Shown: positions 48,812 to 62,520 of the stretch, in pieces
Layout of the letters: each line of letters starts with the position of its first letter
Position numbering within the stretch: position 1 is the stretch's first letter
Assembly: GCF_006345805.1 (NCBI RefSeq)
Contig: NC_043014.1
Span: 10,168,001-10,232,000, forward strand
DNA length: 64,000 bases
Source of the DNA: Octopus sinensis
Lineage: Eukaryota
Direction of reading: 5' to 3'
The notes under the pieces: generated by a model
Told to the model about the DNA's origin: nothing
The model's database searches: none
What the model saw: only the letters and a program-made list of their open reading frames with translations
Program-made: the position numbers and the translations under genes

Positions 48812-49474
48812 ATTTCTTTACTACCCACAAGGGGATAAGCATAGAGGGGGCAAACAAGGACAGACAAACGGATCAAGTAGATTACATCGACCCCAGTGCG
48901 AAACTGGTACTTTATTTATCGACCCCGAAAGGATGAAAAGCAAAGTCAACCTCGGCTAATTTGAACTCAGAACGTAGCAGCAGACGAAATACAGCTACGC
49001 ATTTCGCCCGGCTTTCAAACGTTTCTTATTTTTTTATTGCCCACAAGGGGCTAAACATAGAAGGGACAAACAAGGACAGACAAACGGATTAAGTCGATTA
49101 CATCGACCCTGTGCATAACTGGTACATTACTTATCGACCCCCGAAAGGATGAAAGGCAAAGTCAACCTCGGCGGAATTTGAACGCAGAACGTAGCGGCAG
49201 ACGAAATACGGCTACGCATTACGCCCGGCTTGCTAACGTTTCTCATTTCTTTACTACCCACAAGGGGCTAAACATAGAAGGGACAAACAAGGACAGACAA
49301 ACGGATTAAGTCGATTACATCGACCCTGTGCATAACTGGTACATTACTTATCGACCCCCGAAAGGATGAAAGGCAAAGTCAACCTCGGCGGAATTTGAAC
49401 TCAGAACGTAGCGGCAGACGAAATACTGCTAAGCATTTCGCCCAGCTTGCTAACGTTTCTGGCAGCTCGCCGCC
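48812..49474 (-). mobile_element. SINE family B, head plus 3 body units inside one 15-bp TSD
   Basis: TSD ACGAATTTTAATATA at 48796-48810 and 49476-49490; junctions at about 49025 and 49240. Confidence 0.93.
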
Positions 49475-49559
49475 AACGAATTTTAATATAATTATCTTGA
49501 GTCACTTACGCTCGTCATTCATTCCCTCAAATTTGTCCTGTTGTTACATTTCACGCATA

Positions 49560-50560
49560 TTGCTATTTCACTGTTGCTGTACTTCTCAAGATATTGCTCT
49601 CTGACGAAGCTGGGCGCAGTACGACGTTCTCTTATCTCCTCGTCGAAACCGTTAATGAGAAAATAAGGAGAAAATAAACAAACGAAAGCAAATGTTAGTG
49701 GATGTAGCAAATTCGCCTAAAAATGAAAAGAAAGGTGGTATGATGATAACACGGCTAGGTATGCTCACTGGGAAGTCTTGAAAGGACACTGAAATAATAC
49801 GAGTATAAACCAGATACTTTTAGAGAATGGGCAAAGCCTATATGTTGTGGCAGAAGGCAATAAGCCAAGATGCTACGACTGTGGCAGCCCAGAACATTTA
49901 ATTGCAAAGTGCGTTCTGGGACAGAAAAAAACAAGAAAGAACAAATAAAAAACCTGTGTTGGTGCTGTTTCTTTTCTTGGTGATGTTGTTGGGGTTTGTT
50001 TGCTGGTTTGTTGTTTTTCTTGGCATTGTTCCATAATTGAGTGTGTTGGTGTTGGTGTTGGCAACAAAGGTTTTTTATTTGTCCCCGTGAATAATGAGTA
50101 TTTGATCTTGCTGGATGTTACAATCCGTAGTGATTCAGCGATTGATGCCCCGATACCAGACATTGTTTCAGTTGATAAAATGAAGAAGGAAGCCAAGATC
50201 ATTCATAGTTATTCCGACGTCTGTGGATGTACGATTGAATGATAAAGGACTAGAAAAGATTGAGAGGTAAAAGACACCTCAAAGTGACATTGTACAAATG
50301 TGCGCAATGTGGAAAGTAATTGTCATCCCAGCAGAAGTAATGTTAGCTGTAGTGATATTGGGAAGATTAACATCCAGGTTTCAATACTATGTTGGAGAAA
50401 TTAGGATTGATCTGAGGATAGAACATGCTCACAAAACTGCTTTATAGGAGAGACTGATACCTGGATCTTAAGTATCTTGCAGGATGACTGTGTGAGGCCC
50501 GTAACAGGTTGTTATCTGCTGTGATAGAATTAGCCGGCGCTAAGTGGAATGTATAATGAT
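49560..50560 (+). pseudogene. Degenerate L1/Tx1-like LINE ORF1 (gag-like zinc knuckle) fragment
   Basis: ILLENGQSLYVVAEGNKPRCYDCGSPEHLIAKC, with CX2CX4HX4C at 49871-49912; the flanking frame is broken. Confidence 0.55.
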
Positions 50561-50686
50561 GGACTCATCTGTCGAAGACTACGTATGAGTGTTCAGCTCT
50601 TTTGCTGAACGATCGTTACAAATGATTTGTTATAGTGATCAAATCTATGTGCTGTACGTTCCTTCATTTACTCCATCAAGTCGATA

Positions 50687-50918
50687 TTGCTCCTTAATCC
50701 CTGAATAGATTGTGAATTCCCGAGACGCCACTGGTGGCAAATATGTCCAGCGTTTGTCTCCTCTAAAAACGGTAATCGACTAATCATGCTATAACTTTCG
50801 TTTGCTATAAAAATAAATATGCAATATATGTCTTAAATGATAAAGATCAAGTTATTGTTCCTTGTTTTTTCATCCGTGCAAGAGAAATGGAATTTGACGA
50901 TGTTTCATTAGGTTACTT
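50687..50918 (+). repeat. ~235-bp dispersed repeat, copy 2
   Basis: Direct repeat of 46661-46898. Confidence 0.85.
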
Positions 50919-50919
50919 A

Positions 50920-51030
50920 GAGCAAAGTGGGATGAAGTGTTTTGCTCGAGAACACAACGCACTACCCGATCGAGGAACTGAAACCACGGTCCCGAAATCA
51001 TGAAGGCTACACCCTAACCACTAGGTCATA
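50920..51030 (-). mobile_element. SINE family D, 5' fragment
   Basis: GAAGTGTTTTGCTCGAGAACACAAC...CCCTAACCACTAGG. Confidence 0.6.
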
Positions 51031-51607
51031 ATAATAAGAAGAACAATATAGGTATATATAACGATTTCATGTGTTTTGTTGGGGGTTTTTTTGCGTTTAA
51101 CATCGTTCGTTTTAACGATTTCTAATTACATTTTGCAGTTCTTGTCTGTGTATTCTATTCAGCGAAAAAGGTTAAAACATAAGGTGACTATTTATATTGA
51201 TTTTTAATATAAAATTGACAAGCAGTGGCACGCAATTTACCTGAGAGACAAGCGTTTCAGTATGACTCCGTAATGGAATAATGATATAATTATTGAGTCT
51301 TCACCTTTGCTTCTAGACCGAAAGAAAACAATGTTGTTTATCTGAAACATGAACAGTCAAGCACTAAATACGTTATAATCTTTCAGTTCTTTGGTGCTTT
51401 ATTTTTCACGTGATTCTAACTCAAATTTTTGGAACAGTTAATTTTTCTTTTCTTAGTCAATAAAATAACTTACAAGAAATAAAATTAGAATAATTTAGTT
51501 GGTTTTCCTTGTACGCTGTACTGAATTAAATTATCATTCCGAAATCAGTATCTCTACACGCATAGCAGAGAGTCGAAAATGATGCCGCGCAACATTGCAA
51601 ATGCGTG

Positions 51608-51688
<81 letters not shown>

Positions 51689-52127
51689 AGAAAAAAGCAA
51701 CAAGTATGGATTAGTTTTTCAGTACAATTGTTTCATACGAAGAACAGCTTTATTAAAAGCTGCAAATATTGCAGCAAATACAAGTGTCCCGTACTCATCA
51801 GCCAAAACACATATGAGTTTTCCAAACATCCTAGGGGGTGAGGCTACACTCATGAAGTATCGAAGAGAGTTCTATAAAAAGCAAATTTAGATTGTAAGCA
51901 GACTTCCAAAGTTCTCTAATGATGCAGAGTTTTATAAAAGGTTTTAAAAAAGTTTGTTAACTTCACAGAAAATGTAAATCCATCCATAATAATGTAGGTG
52001 TAATTTCCGTAGATATGAGGAGATATTTCATACTCAGAGACGATGAATTTATCCATAATAACGTGGGTATAATTTCCTGATATATGAGAAGATGCGATCA
52101 CACTTATATATATATATATATATATAT

Positions 52128-52211
<84 letters not shown>

Positions 52212-52638
52212 GTAGATTCAGATGAAAACGTTACTTAAGTTGAAGCTCCAGAATTTAGCTGGGTATTATCCATACAATTTCAAATAAGGTGATTAAAATC
52301 AAAATAAGCAACAAGGATATCCGTGTTGCCTATTTTGATTCTATATATATAGTTTATGAGAAGTAATGTGTATGAGACCCAAAGGTGTCAGGTAATGCTG
52401 AATAAGTGCTATAAACAGACCATAGCAATGTTTCAGGTTCAGTGATTTTGCGAATTAGGGGTTCAATATTGGCCACATGTCAGCGTGTGTATATAATTTT
52501 TTGTTTCGTAATGAGATAAAAAAACCCAAGGCTGTCTAGATTTTAGAACAATTAAAGATAGAATGTCTTACAGAAACTGCCGTTTTTTTTATCTCATTGC
52601 GAAAAAAAATAACATATATATATATGTATGTATGTATG

Positions 52639-52672
<34 letters not shown>

Positions 52673-53334
52673 TGTGTAAGAAAAGGGTGTGAAGTTTGCA
52701 TTAATTCAATTATTGATTAATTTGAAAAAATCAACAATTATTTAATCATTTGGATATTGAATTACTGGGTTAGAATTGCATTACTAATGACCGTGCAATA
52801 ATCAATAATCCGAGGCAAAGCGAATAAATGCCAGATAAGGGAAATTGAAATGCAAATTGAGGACTAATTCAGGGGAATTAATTTTCTCCTGCTGAACTGT
52901 ATAGCACGATACTCCATAGACCCATTTAGATGGCACAGCTTCTAAGGCTGATAGAATTGCTCAATCGTGGAAACAGTTCTAACTACCGGCAAATTAGGAG
53001 ATATAACTCAGTGAATATGAAGTGAACAGATATAACCAAATTTATGAATTTCAAATTTATTATATTATAGAAACGATTGATTCTATTTAATGTTTCGTTT
53101 GACGTGAAAAATAAATATTTAAATATTGTAGAGAATTAAATGAAAGGAAAAATTATTTCCGATTATCTAAATAGTTAACATATAGTATATTTATTTAATA
53201 TTTCATTCATGTTTTCAGTCGCCGAGTGGGATTTTTTTTTTTCGAATTATTACAATTTTTTCGTTGATTTAGACTACAAAAGAAATATATTATATTCAAA
53301 TATCAACAAATTTAATAGTTATATAACGTATTTT

Positions 53335-53436
53335 TTATATGTATATGTGTATAAATATCTTTACATATGCAAGTATATATACATATATATATATGTATGT
53401 ATACATATATATATATATATATGTATGTATATATAC

Positions 53437-53481
<45 letters not shown>

Positions 53482-53495
53482 CATAAATATATATA

Positions 53496-53539
<44 letters not shown>

Positions 53540-53606
53540 TATATGCAGATAAATATACATATGTATAGTCTAGACATATATACACAGTGTTTACATGTGT
53601 GTGTGC

Positions 53607-53646
<40 letters not shown>

Positions 53647-53712
53647 TATATATATGTATATATATGTGTGTGTGTGTATATATATGTATATATATATATA
53701 TATGTATGTATG

Positions 53713-53749
<37 letters not shown>

Positions 53750-53783
53750 CTATATATATATATATATACATATGTATATATAC

Positions 53784-53818
<35 letters not shown>

Positions 53819-53830
53819 TATACATATCGA
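53335..53830. repeat. Long degenerate (TA)n/(TATG) microsatellite
   Basis: Direct reading of the sequence. Confidence 0.95.
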
Positions 53831-54269
53831 TACATACATTCGCACTCATACACACATGCATAGGAATACACATTTGGAGAGTGAAAGAAAGAGAAGTGTG
53901 TGTATGGTTGTCACCAATAATTTCAGTTAGAAGTCTTGCCACGCTTGAATGGTAATGAACATTTCCTTGGTCCGTTTCCTCTGGACCAATTCCTTCTAAT
54001 GGATTTATATTCAATCAGTCTATGCTAATTACAAATAGTTTTTTTTTTTCATTTCTTCTTTTTATTTCTGTTTATTATATCGCATCAAAAAATAATACCT
54101 TGTTACACCAATATTCGTGGAAAGGAGCTAACGTAGCGCAATATAGTTGCGCGCCATGTTACTGATGAGGCAGGGCAGCGTTTAAAGAACAGATTTTATG
54201 AAAATACATATTTCCATTTGGGAGGTACTTGAGATCACACTGCAAGTTCTAATGCTATAATAGTAAAAA

Positions 54270-54430
54270 TGTCTGATAAGTAGCGTGCTTATGAAGCACG
54301 TGGTTCCAGGTTCATTCCCACTGCGTGGTACCTTGGGCAAGTGTCTTGTGCTATGGCCTCGGGACGACCAAATTCTTGTGAGTGGATTTGGTAGACGGAA
54401 ACTGAAAGAAGCCCCTCGTATATATGTATG

Positions 54431-54469
<39 letters not shown>

Positions 54470-54679
54470 TTGTGTGTCTGTATTTGTCCTCCCAACATCG
54501 TCTGACAACCGATGCTGGTGTGTTTACGTCCCCGTAACCTAGCGGTTCGGTAAAGGAGACCGATAGAATAAGTACTAGGCTTCCAAAGAATAAGTCGTGG
54601 GGCCGATTTGCTCGACTGAAGGCGGTGCTCCAGCATGGCCGCAGTCAAATGACTGAAACAAGTAAAAGAGTGAAAGAGT
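54270..54679 (+). mobile_element. SINE family A, 5' end diverged
   Basis: Aligns with the A consensus from GGTTCCAGGTTCATTCCC to the tail. Confidence 0.88.
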
Positions 54680-54909
54680 AGGTAGGTCTTCTCAGCTTAC
54701 CTTCATCAATTCCAAAAATGAATGCACACACACACACACACACACATACACACACGCACAACACATGCACATAAACAAACACACACACACGTGTTATTTT
54801 CTGTATGGGTGTGCCTTTCCAAATTTTAATATACTACTCCTTGCCGTAAGTAGGCCGGGCAAAATGCTTAGTATTTGCTCCGCCTTCCCATTCTAGGTTC
54901 AAATCACAC

Positions 54910-55172
54910 TGCCCAGTGGTTAGAGCAAGCGGACTCCTAGACCGGGCGTTGTGTGTGTTTATTGACCGAAAACACCTAAAAGCTCCATGAGGAGCAGGGT
55001 GGTGGCGACCCCTGTTGTACTATTTCGCTCCAACTTTCTCTCACTCTTTCTTCCTGTTTCTTGAGTAACGCTGCGATGGACTGGCGTCCAGTCCAGCTAG
55101 GGGCAGCAAATACGCCATAGAAACCGGGAAACCGGGCCCATGAACCTGGATAGGCTTGAAAAGGTCGCATAA
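54910..55172 (+). mobile_element. SINE family C, tail type 2
   Basis: Head with a deletion, central domain, and TGCGATGGACTGGCGTCC tail. Confidence 0.8.
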
Positions 55173-55829
55173 ATAGATAAAAAAAGTATATTCCTTAAAG
55201 CAGCGAGCTGGAATAATCGTTAGCAAGCCGCCCTCAGTTGAAATTCAGCCGACATCGATTTTATCTTTCGTCGTTTCAGGGACGATAAAAATAAATACCA
55301 GTTGTGTACTGGGGAAATGGAATCGACTTAAACTCCTGTCAAAATTTAAAAGCAATTTTTACTATGATTACTTCATATGAACTCTTTATCTTTTCCATGT
55401 ATCTGTGCAGAAACAACGGCGAGGTTTGAGGGTGGATTGGCTGTAATATATTTCAATGATCGATCTAAAAATTCTTCTGGAATGGTGAATAACGATTGAT
55501 GACTCTTCTGAGTATTCGTTTTATAGTTTTGAAAAAAGAAGGTAGAGATACATGTAGATTATCCATATTTGTATATATAATTGTGAATATCTCAGCCGGA
55601 GGAGGGATATACATTAGACTGTCAATGTTTCACATAAATAGCATACTTAGACATACACGTCCACCCAAACGCACACAGATATACACACATGTATAGGGCT
55701 GGCACCTCAAATCCGTTATTCAATCTGAATTTCATGTCCCCAAACGTCAACCAGGATACGTAACCAGAAATAATGTGCTAGTTAGAAGAAACCATAAATA
55801 ACCTTACGTACACTATACATAAATATATA

Positions 55830-56035
55830 CATGTGTGTATGTATATATTTATATATATATATTATATATATTATATATATATATATACAGAGATAGATAA
55901 AAAGCGATAGATAGGTTGATAAATTTGTGTGTATATATATATATATATATATATTTACATATATATATGTATCTATATATTATATGATTTTATATTACAC
56001 TTACACATGCGTTCGCACGCACGCGCGCATATATA

Positions 56036-56101
<66 letters not shown>

Positions 56102-56173
56102 TATATATATGTATCTATATATTATATGATTTTATATTACACTTACACATGCGTTCGCACGCACGCGCGCATA

Positions 56174-56227
<54 letters not shown>

Positions 56228-56244
56228 TATATATATATATATTA

Positions 56245-56325
<81 letters not shown>

Positions 56326-56350
56326 GATAGTTAGATAGATAGATAGAAAC
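55830..56350. repeat. Compound TA/GA microsatellite with an internal 142-bp-period duplication
   Basis: GTATCTATATATTATATGATTTTATATTACACTTACACATGCGTTCGCACGCACGCGCGCATATA at about 55969 and 56111. Confidence 0.9.
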
Positions 56351-56701
56351 ATATACACAGACAGGAACATAGATCGACAGAGATATGGAGACAGAGAGTG
56401 AGTTAGTGAATTAGTGAGTGATTGAGTGAGTGAGTGAGGGTGGAGTGAGTGAGTGAATGAGTGAGAGAGAGAGAGGGAGGGAGTGGGTTGTAATCTTAAA
56501 ACTGTTTTGAGAATAAAAGCATATTCATTGACTGGCGGGAGTTGACAGTAAAGACAGTCAAATTTAATACAAATAGCTTATTCTCCGACTAGAGATAATT
56601 TGCTTAAATGTATTTAAAGAAGATTGGAAAATGCCGTTTGTGACTATTTAAAATTGGGGGATGAATTCTACAGATAAATAAATTTTTTCATTATTTTGAA
56701 A

Positions 56702-57097
56702 TCTTTATATATAAAAGTAAGGTTGTGTGTCTGTCTCCTACGATTTAGATTCCTAACTACTCCCACATTTTGCGGTGCAGTTTAACCAAAACCGGGTATC
56801 TTATAGTCGTGATTCAAATCGAGCCCTTCTGGGTATTAGCGTGTCTACGATGAGTCTACGATTTAAAAAAAAATTACCATCATTTTTTTCCATTTTAATG
56901 CATTTTTTCGCTACTAAATAAGGGAAGTAACTCTCTAAATATATGTCTACGATGAGTCAACGATTTTTAAAAAATTTACCATCATTTTTTTTCCATTTTT
57001 AATGCATTCTTTTGCTATATTTTGGCTATAACTCTCTAAAAATGCTTATATAGTTATTTCCCTTACAAACCCGAGCAACACCGGGCGATACTGCTAG
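56702..57097 (+). mobile_element. Non-autonomous Helitron, copy 4
   Basis: A|TCTTTATATATAAAAG ... CCCGAGCAACACCGGG ... CTAG|T. Confidence 0.88.
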
Positions 57098-57599
57098 TAA
57101 AGTATAACATGTGAGTGAGAAATTTCGTGATGGGAGGTTGTGTCAGTAAAGAAAAGTGAAAGTGGTTACCTGAAGAGACAAATGGTTTCTGTGGTTTTTC
57201 TATTCAATTTACCTTGATTAATATACAAGGAAGAATCATTATCATCAGCAGGTTCGGTATTAAGATCTCTATTCGTGTCTTTTCACCGCCATTCTTACTT
57301 TTTCACTATCTTATAACTCAGTTCAATCCTTGGTGTTACCAAATCAGTTTGTTGTTGGTCTTCATCTCGAAGTGTCATTCCTTGTAATAACGCTTTTCTG
57401 CTATAGGCACTAGGCCTGAAATTTTGGTGGAGGAGCTAGTCCATTACACCGACCCATTTACACATGTGGTTTTTAATTTATTGACACCGAAGTGATAAAA
57501 GGCAAAGTCGACTTCAGCAGTGTTTGAACTCAGAACATAAAGACGAAGAAAATGCCGCAAAGCATTTTACCCAGCGTACTATCGATCCTTCTTGTCGCC

Positions 57600-57846
57600 T
57601 TATCACTCCTTCTAAAAATACTTTGCGCTCTTATTAATGTAATCAAAGCATTTTAATCTTCGTTTCAATAATAGTTGAAATTAATGATGATTTTGCATCT
57701 ATGTTAGGATTTATCGAAATATCCTTCAGATTCTTCTGTACGTCCACATTTCAAAGACTCCTAGTTTATCGGAGTATTTGTCAATGACCATTATTTCTGT
57801 AACAATGTGGACCTTAATAAAATATTTACACTGATTTTCTCTTGTT

Positions 57847-57881
<35 letters not shown>

Positions 57882-58500
57882 ATACTCTTTTACTTTTTTA
57901 CTTGTTTCAGTTATTTGACTGCGGCCATGCTGGAGCATCGCCTTTAATCCAGCAACTCGACCCGAGACTTATTCTTTGTAAACCTAGTGCTTATTCTATC
58001 TGTCTCTTTTGCCGAACCGCTAAGTGACGGGGACATAAACACACCAGAATCGGTTGTCAAGCGTTGTTGGATGGGACAAACACAGACACACAACATTTTT
58101 CGAAAGATTTTTTCGAAATATTCAATCCTTTTTGTAATGTTTCTGTTATGCTGCCTTCATTCTTAGGATTTTGTATAAATTCTTCTTGACATAGGTTACT
58201 ATAGGCATTTCCAACTTCAACACTATATTTCTCTTCGTAGTCTTCCCTCTCGGGTAGCTTACTTTTCTCTTTTGCTTTTATTTGTTGATTTATTAATTCT
58301 CTTTTAGTTGTTTTTTGGTTTTATTTTATGTCAAACGATCATTGTATTGTGGTCAGAGTTTATGCCAGCCCCTAAGAATGGCTTTGCTGTTCTTGGTTTT
58401 GGAAACTTCGGTTGACCACCAAATGATCGCGTCGGTTTTCTGCGTATGGCACCACGGTTCTTCCAGGTATATAACTTTCTCAATGGGTTTGGAATACAAA
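57600..58500 (-). pseudogene. Degenerate RTE-clade LINE with RT deleted, interrupted by a SINE A
   Basis: Endonuclease end LRKLYTWKNRG...AKPFLGAGINSDHNTMIV (58331-58500); linker YSVEVGNAYSNL (about 58100-58260); C-terminal KLGVFEMWTYRRI (about 57730-57790). Confidence 0.65.
57883..58092 (-). mobile_element. SINE family A, 3' half
   Basis: The tail and the AACCGCTAAG segment align with A. Confidence 0.85.
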
Positions 58501-58574
58501 CACACATATAGACATACACATATAATGTTATATATTATAATGTTAAATGTATATATATATAGTCGCCATGATAG

Positions 58575-58761
58575 ATCGTTAGCCACTACACACATTTTTT
58601 TCTCTCCTTCTTTCTGTCCTTGTTTTTTTCTGTTTCCTTTCCTGTAGAAGAGCATAGGCTCGAAACATAAAAGTCTTTTTCTGTTATTGAGCGTTATACT
58701 AATACATCTGTTTGTTTTCTACACACCACCTGTCTTCGTATTTTTTTTCGTAAACTCTCCC
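58575..58761 (+). mobile_element. Family H1 element (hammerhead-like motif), best-preserved copy
   Basis: Motif at 58637-58673; 3' end AAACTCTCCC runs into (TA)n. Confidence 0.65.
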
Positions 58762-58861
<100 letters not shown>

Positions 58862-59504
58862 AATAATTGAGACACTACTCTGTGTTTTGCTTCAGATCAA
58901 CCAGTACTTGACCGTCTATACTGATGTGAACAGCGTATGTGTATTTCTGAATTATTTTCTCGAAATCTCTAAAAAGAAGGGTGTATTCATGTATATTAAA
59001 CTGGGTAAGAAACTATTTCTATACCTCTTTATTCTTCTGTTTCTGGTAAGTGCTATTTACTCTGTTTCTATCTAGAAATCAACGGAAATTACTGTTATTC
59101 CCTTCAAACTATCTGTTGGGACTTGTACATCAATGTTTTGAAAATAAATTATTTTCCATTATATTTCACACAGAATGAGCGCCGAGTTGCTGAAGCACAA
59201 ATATTGTTATACCAAATATTCTACTCGAAACCTCATATTGAGGATGTTCCTTAATGGTTGGCAATCATGTATAGGAGGACTTGGGGATCATCACAGCATT
59301 GTGTTGAGAAGGGTAATTTGGGATTTGAATGAATGTATAATAAAGCAAAGATTGGAGGAGATGTTATCCATTTTTTATACTTTATTGGAGTAAGCAAATA
59401 GTAAATAGCATGCGCTAACCAAGGACGAAAACCATGCTACACATCGTTATAATTGGCCATACTCCACAAAGAATTACGGAATTTTCAGCTATTTATAGTA
59501 TGGT

Positions 59505-59916
59505 TACTCTTTTACTCTTTTACTTGTTTCAGTCATTTGACTGCGGCCATGCTGGAGCACCGCCTTTAGTCGAGAAAATCGACCCCGGGACTTATTCTTT
59601 GTAAGCCCAGTACTTATTCTATCGTTCTTTTTTGCCGAACCGCTAAGTGACGGGGACGTAAACAAACCAGCATCGGTTGTCAAGCAATGCGAGGGGGGCC
59701 AAACACAGACACACAAACACACACACACACACATATATATATATACATATATACGACAGGCTTCTTTCAGTTTCCGTCTACCAAATTCACCCACAAGGCA
59801 TTGGTCGGCCCGGGGCTATAGCAGAAGACACTTACTCAAGATGCCACGCAGTGGGACTGAACCCGCAACCATGTGGTTGGTTAGCAAGCTACTTACCACA
59901 CAGCCAATCCTGCGCC
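59505..59916 (-). mobile_element. SINE family A, full length
   Basis: Near-identical to 415-828. Confidence 0.92.
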
Positions 59917-59945
59917 TATGGTGGTATCTTTCTGATAAGAGCACT

Positions 59946-60026
<81 letters not shown>

Positions 60027-60519
60027 GCTTCATATGGTATGGAAGTAGAATTAAAAGTGCATAAACCTGAGCAGTGGTTTCGTGAATGAAACAAATATTT
60101 CGAAGCAAGTTTGCGCAATGACGTCAAATGCTGTTTCGATTTTTCTCTCATTTTTTTCTTTAACCTTCATTATTCTTTTTATATCTGTATCTCCATTTTT
60201 CCATCACTCATTATCTCTCACTCTCTTCCTGTCATTCTTTTTGTCTTGCACTCATTTTCTCAATGGAAAATGCAACGTAGAAAAAGACGGTGGGAGAAAT
60301 GCATAGAGACGGTGAGAACTGACGGTAATGATGACAGCTGCAGAAAACTGTTTTTATTCAATATTCCAATACACAATACAAGTAAACTGAACATGTTTCT
60401 CTTCTCTTTCATTTCCTCATCAATCTTACACAGACACACACAAATATTCTCTCTTTCTCTCAATCTCTCTCTCTCTCTTTCTCCACTTGACTACCTCCGT
60501 ATATAGTGATATATATATA

Positions 60520-60562
<43 letters not shown>

Positions 60563-60939
60563 ATAAGGGTAAATAATTTCTATAATGGTTTTTAAAAAAA
60601 GACCACAATTATTTACTGGTAGAATTCGGTATGAAATATATATCAAAAGTATATATGAAATATATATTCAATATGTTTATAATCCAGAAACATGATGTTC
60701 ACAGATAACCACTAGACTTCGTTTTCGAATATCTATCCCTTCTGTTTTGCATATGTGAATTACAGGGTTTGTCGTGCCTGGAGCCCCATTTGTGGAAATT
60801 AGAAATAAGCATTTTTGACTGCTATTTCTACTTTTTTCGGTATGCGGTCAAGCAACCTGTTGCCTGTCCCTTTTTCTTATATACAATATATATACTGAAC
60901 TTTACAGAAGTTCCTGCCGGTAATCGGCTATATATATTT

Positions 60940-60946
60940 ATATCGG

Positions 60947-60996
<50 letters not shown>

Positions 60997-61049
60997 ATAT
61001 GTATCTATGTATATACATATGTATCTAAGTATATATATATATATGTATG

Positions 61050-61088
<39 letters not shown>

Positions 61089-61406
61089 GTGTGTGTGTGT
61101 ATATATATATGTATATGTATATATGTATATATAATATATATATATGTATATACATATATATGTATATACATATATATATGTATATACATATATATATATA
61201 TGTATATATATACATCTATATGTATATACATATATATATATATGTATATATATACATATATATGTATATATATAATATATATATATATGTATATATATAT
61301 GTATGTGTGTGTGTATATACATATATATATATATATGTATATATATACATATATATGTATATATATATACATATATATGTATTATATATATATATATATA
61401 TATTTA

Positions 61407-61444
<38 letters not shown>

Positions 61445-61563
61445 TTATATATGTATATATATATATTCATATATATGTATGTATATATATATAATGGCAT
61501 TATTAAATTAATATCAATTTTTCACCTTCGTTTATAAATATATGTATATATATATATGTATGT

Positions 61564-61580
<17 letters not shown>
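60940..61580. repeat. Very long degenerate (TA)n microsatellite
   Basis: Direct reading of the sequence. Confidence 0.95.
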
Positions 61581-61595
<15 letters not shown>

Positions 61596-62120
61596 AACGC
61601 ACACACACGTACACACGCATATATATATATATATGATGGACTCTTCCATCGGTTTTGATGTACGTGGATCCGACAACCTGTATTTTCTTTGTCAGTGGTA
61701 AAGCTTTAAATACATGTGTGTGTGTGTGTGTGTGTGCATGAATATATGTGTGTGTGTAATTGACAGAATTAATAGGTTATATGAATTTACTCAGTCATTA
61801 TATACTCGCAGCTGTTTTAGATATGCTATCCATAACTCTGGAATAAATAAATAAAAGTATATTACAGATTTGACAAGGCAAAAAGCGAGAGTAGATCTCA
61901 AGACATGAGTGTATATATGTATATATATTTATTTTATTAACGCTTACAAGAAGCAAGAAACTGAGCAAAGGGTTATACATATATAAACCTGTCATAAAGA
62001 TATTTCCCTGAAAATTTCATACGTTTCGAAAGGTTTGTCCGTTCAATAAGTAAATACGTAAATACATAAATAAATAGGAAAAAGACTGGGAAAGCCAGTG
62101 AATATAGATGCAGTATATAT

Positions 62121-62445
62121 GCAGGAGTGGCTGTGTGGTAAGTAGCTTGCTTGGCACAAGGACAGTAATCCTATGGTTGGGAAGTAAGTTATTTACATCG
62201 ACTAGTACTTTTTTGGGGGCTCTGAAAGAATGAAAGGCGGAATTTGAACTCAGAGCGTAAAACTGCCCTCGTGGCAAATTATAATGAAATAAAGTAGCTT
62301 GCTTACCGGCTACATGGTTCCGGGTTCAGTCCCACAGTGTGGCAACTGGGGCCAGTGTCCTCTGCTATAGCCACGGGCCGAGCGAAGCCTTGTGAGTGGA
62401 TTTGGTAGACGTAAACTGAAAGAAGCCCGTGTGTGTGTGTGCGTA

Positions 62446-62489
<44 letters not shown>

Positions 62490-62490
62490 T
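62121..62490 (+). mobile_element. SINE family A 5' half interrupted by an inverted B2 fragment
   Basis: AAGTAGCTTGCTT is duplicated at 62140-62152 and 62292-62304 around a 139-bp reverse B-like insert. Confidence 0.75.
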
Positions 62491-62520
62491 GTGTGAAATA
62501 TTTCTATTTACTATATATTA

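Noticed and set aside
49601-49655. CUGACGA ... GAAAC; likewise CUGANGA at 12059, 17731, 54162 and 57168
   Set aside because: No helix II closes onto GAAA with correct spacing, and helices I/III do not form.
60115-60130. CRE palindrome TGACGTCA as a promoter signal
   Set aside because: A single 8-mer is expected by chance in 64 kb, and there is no supporting promoter context.
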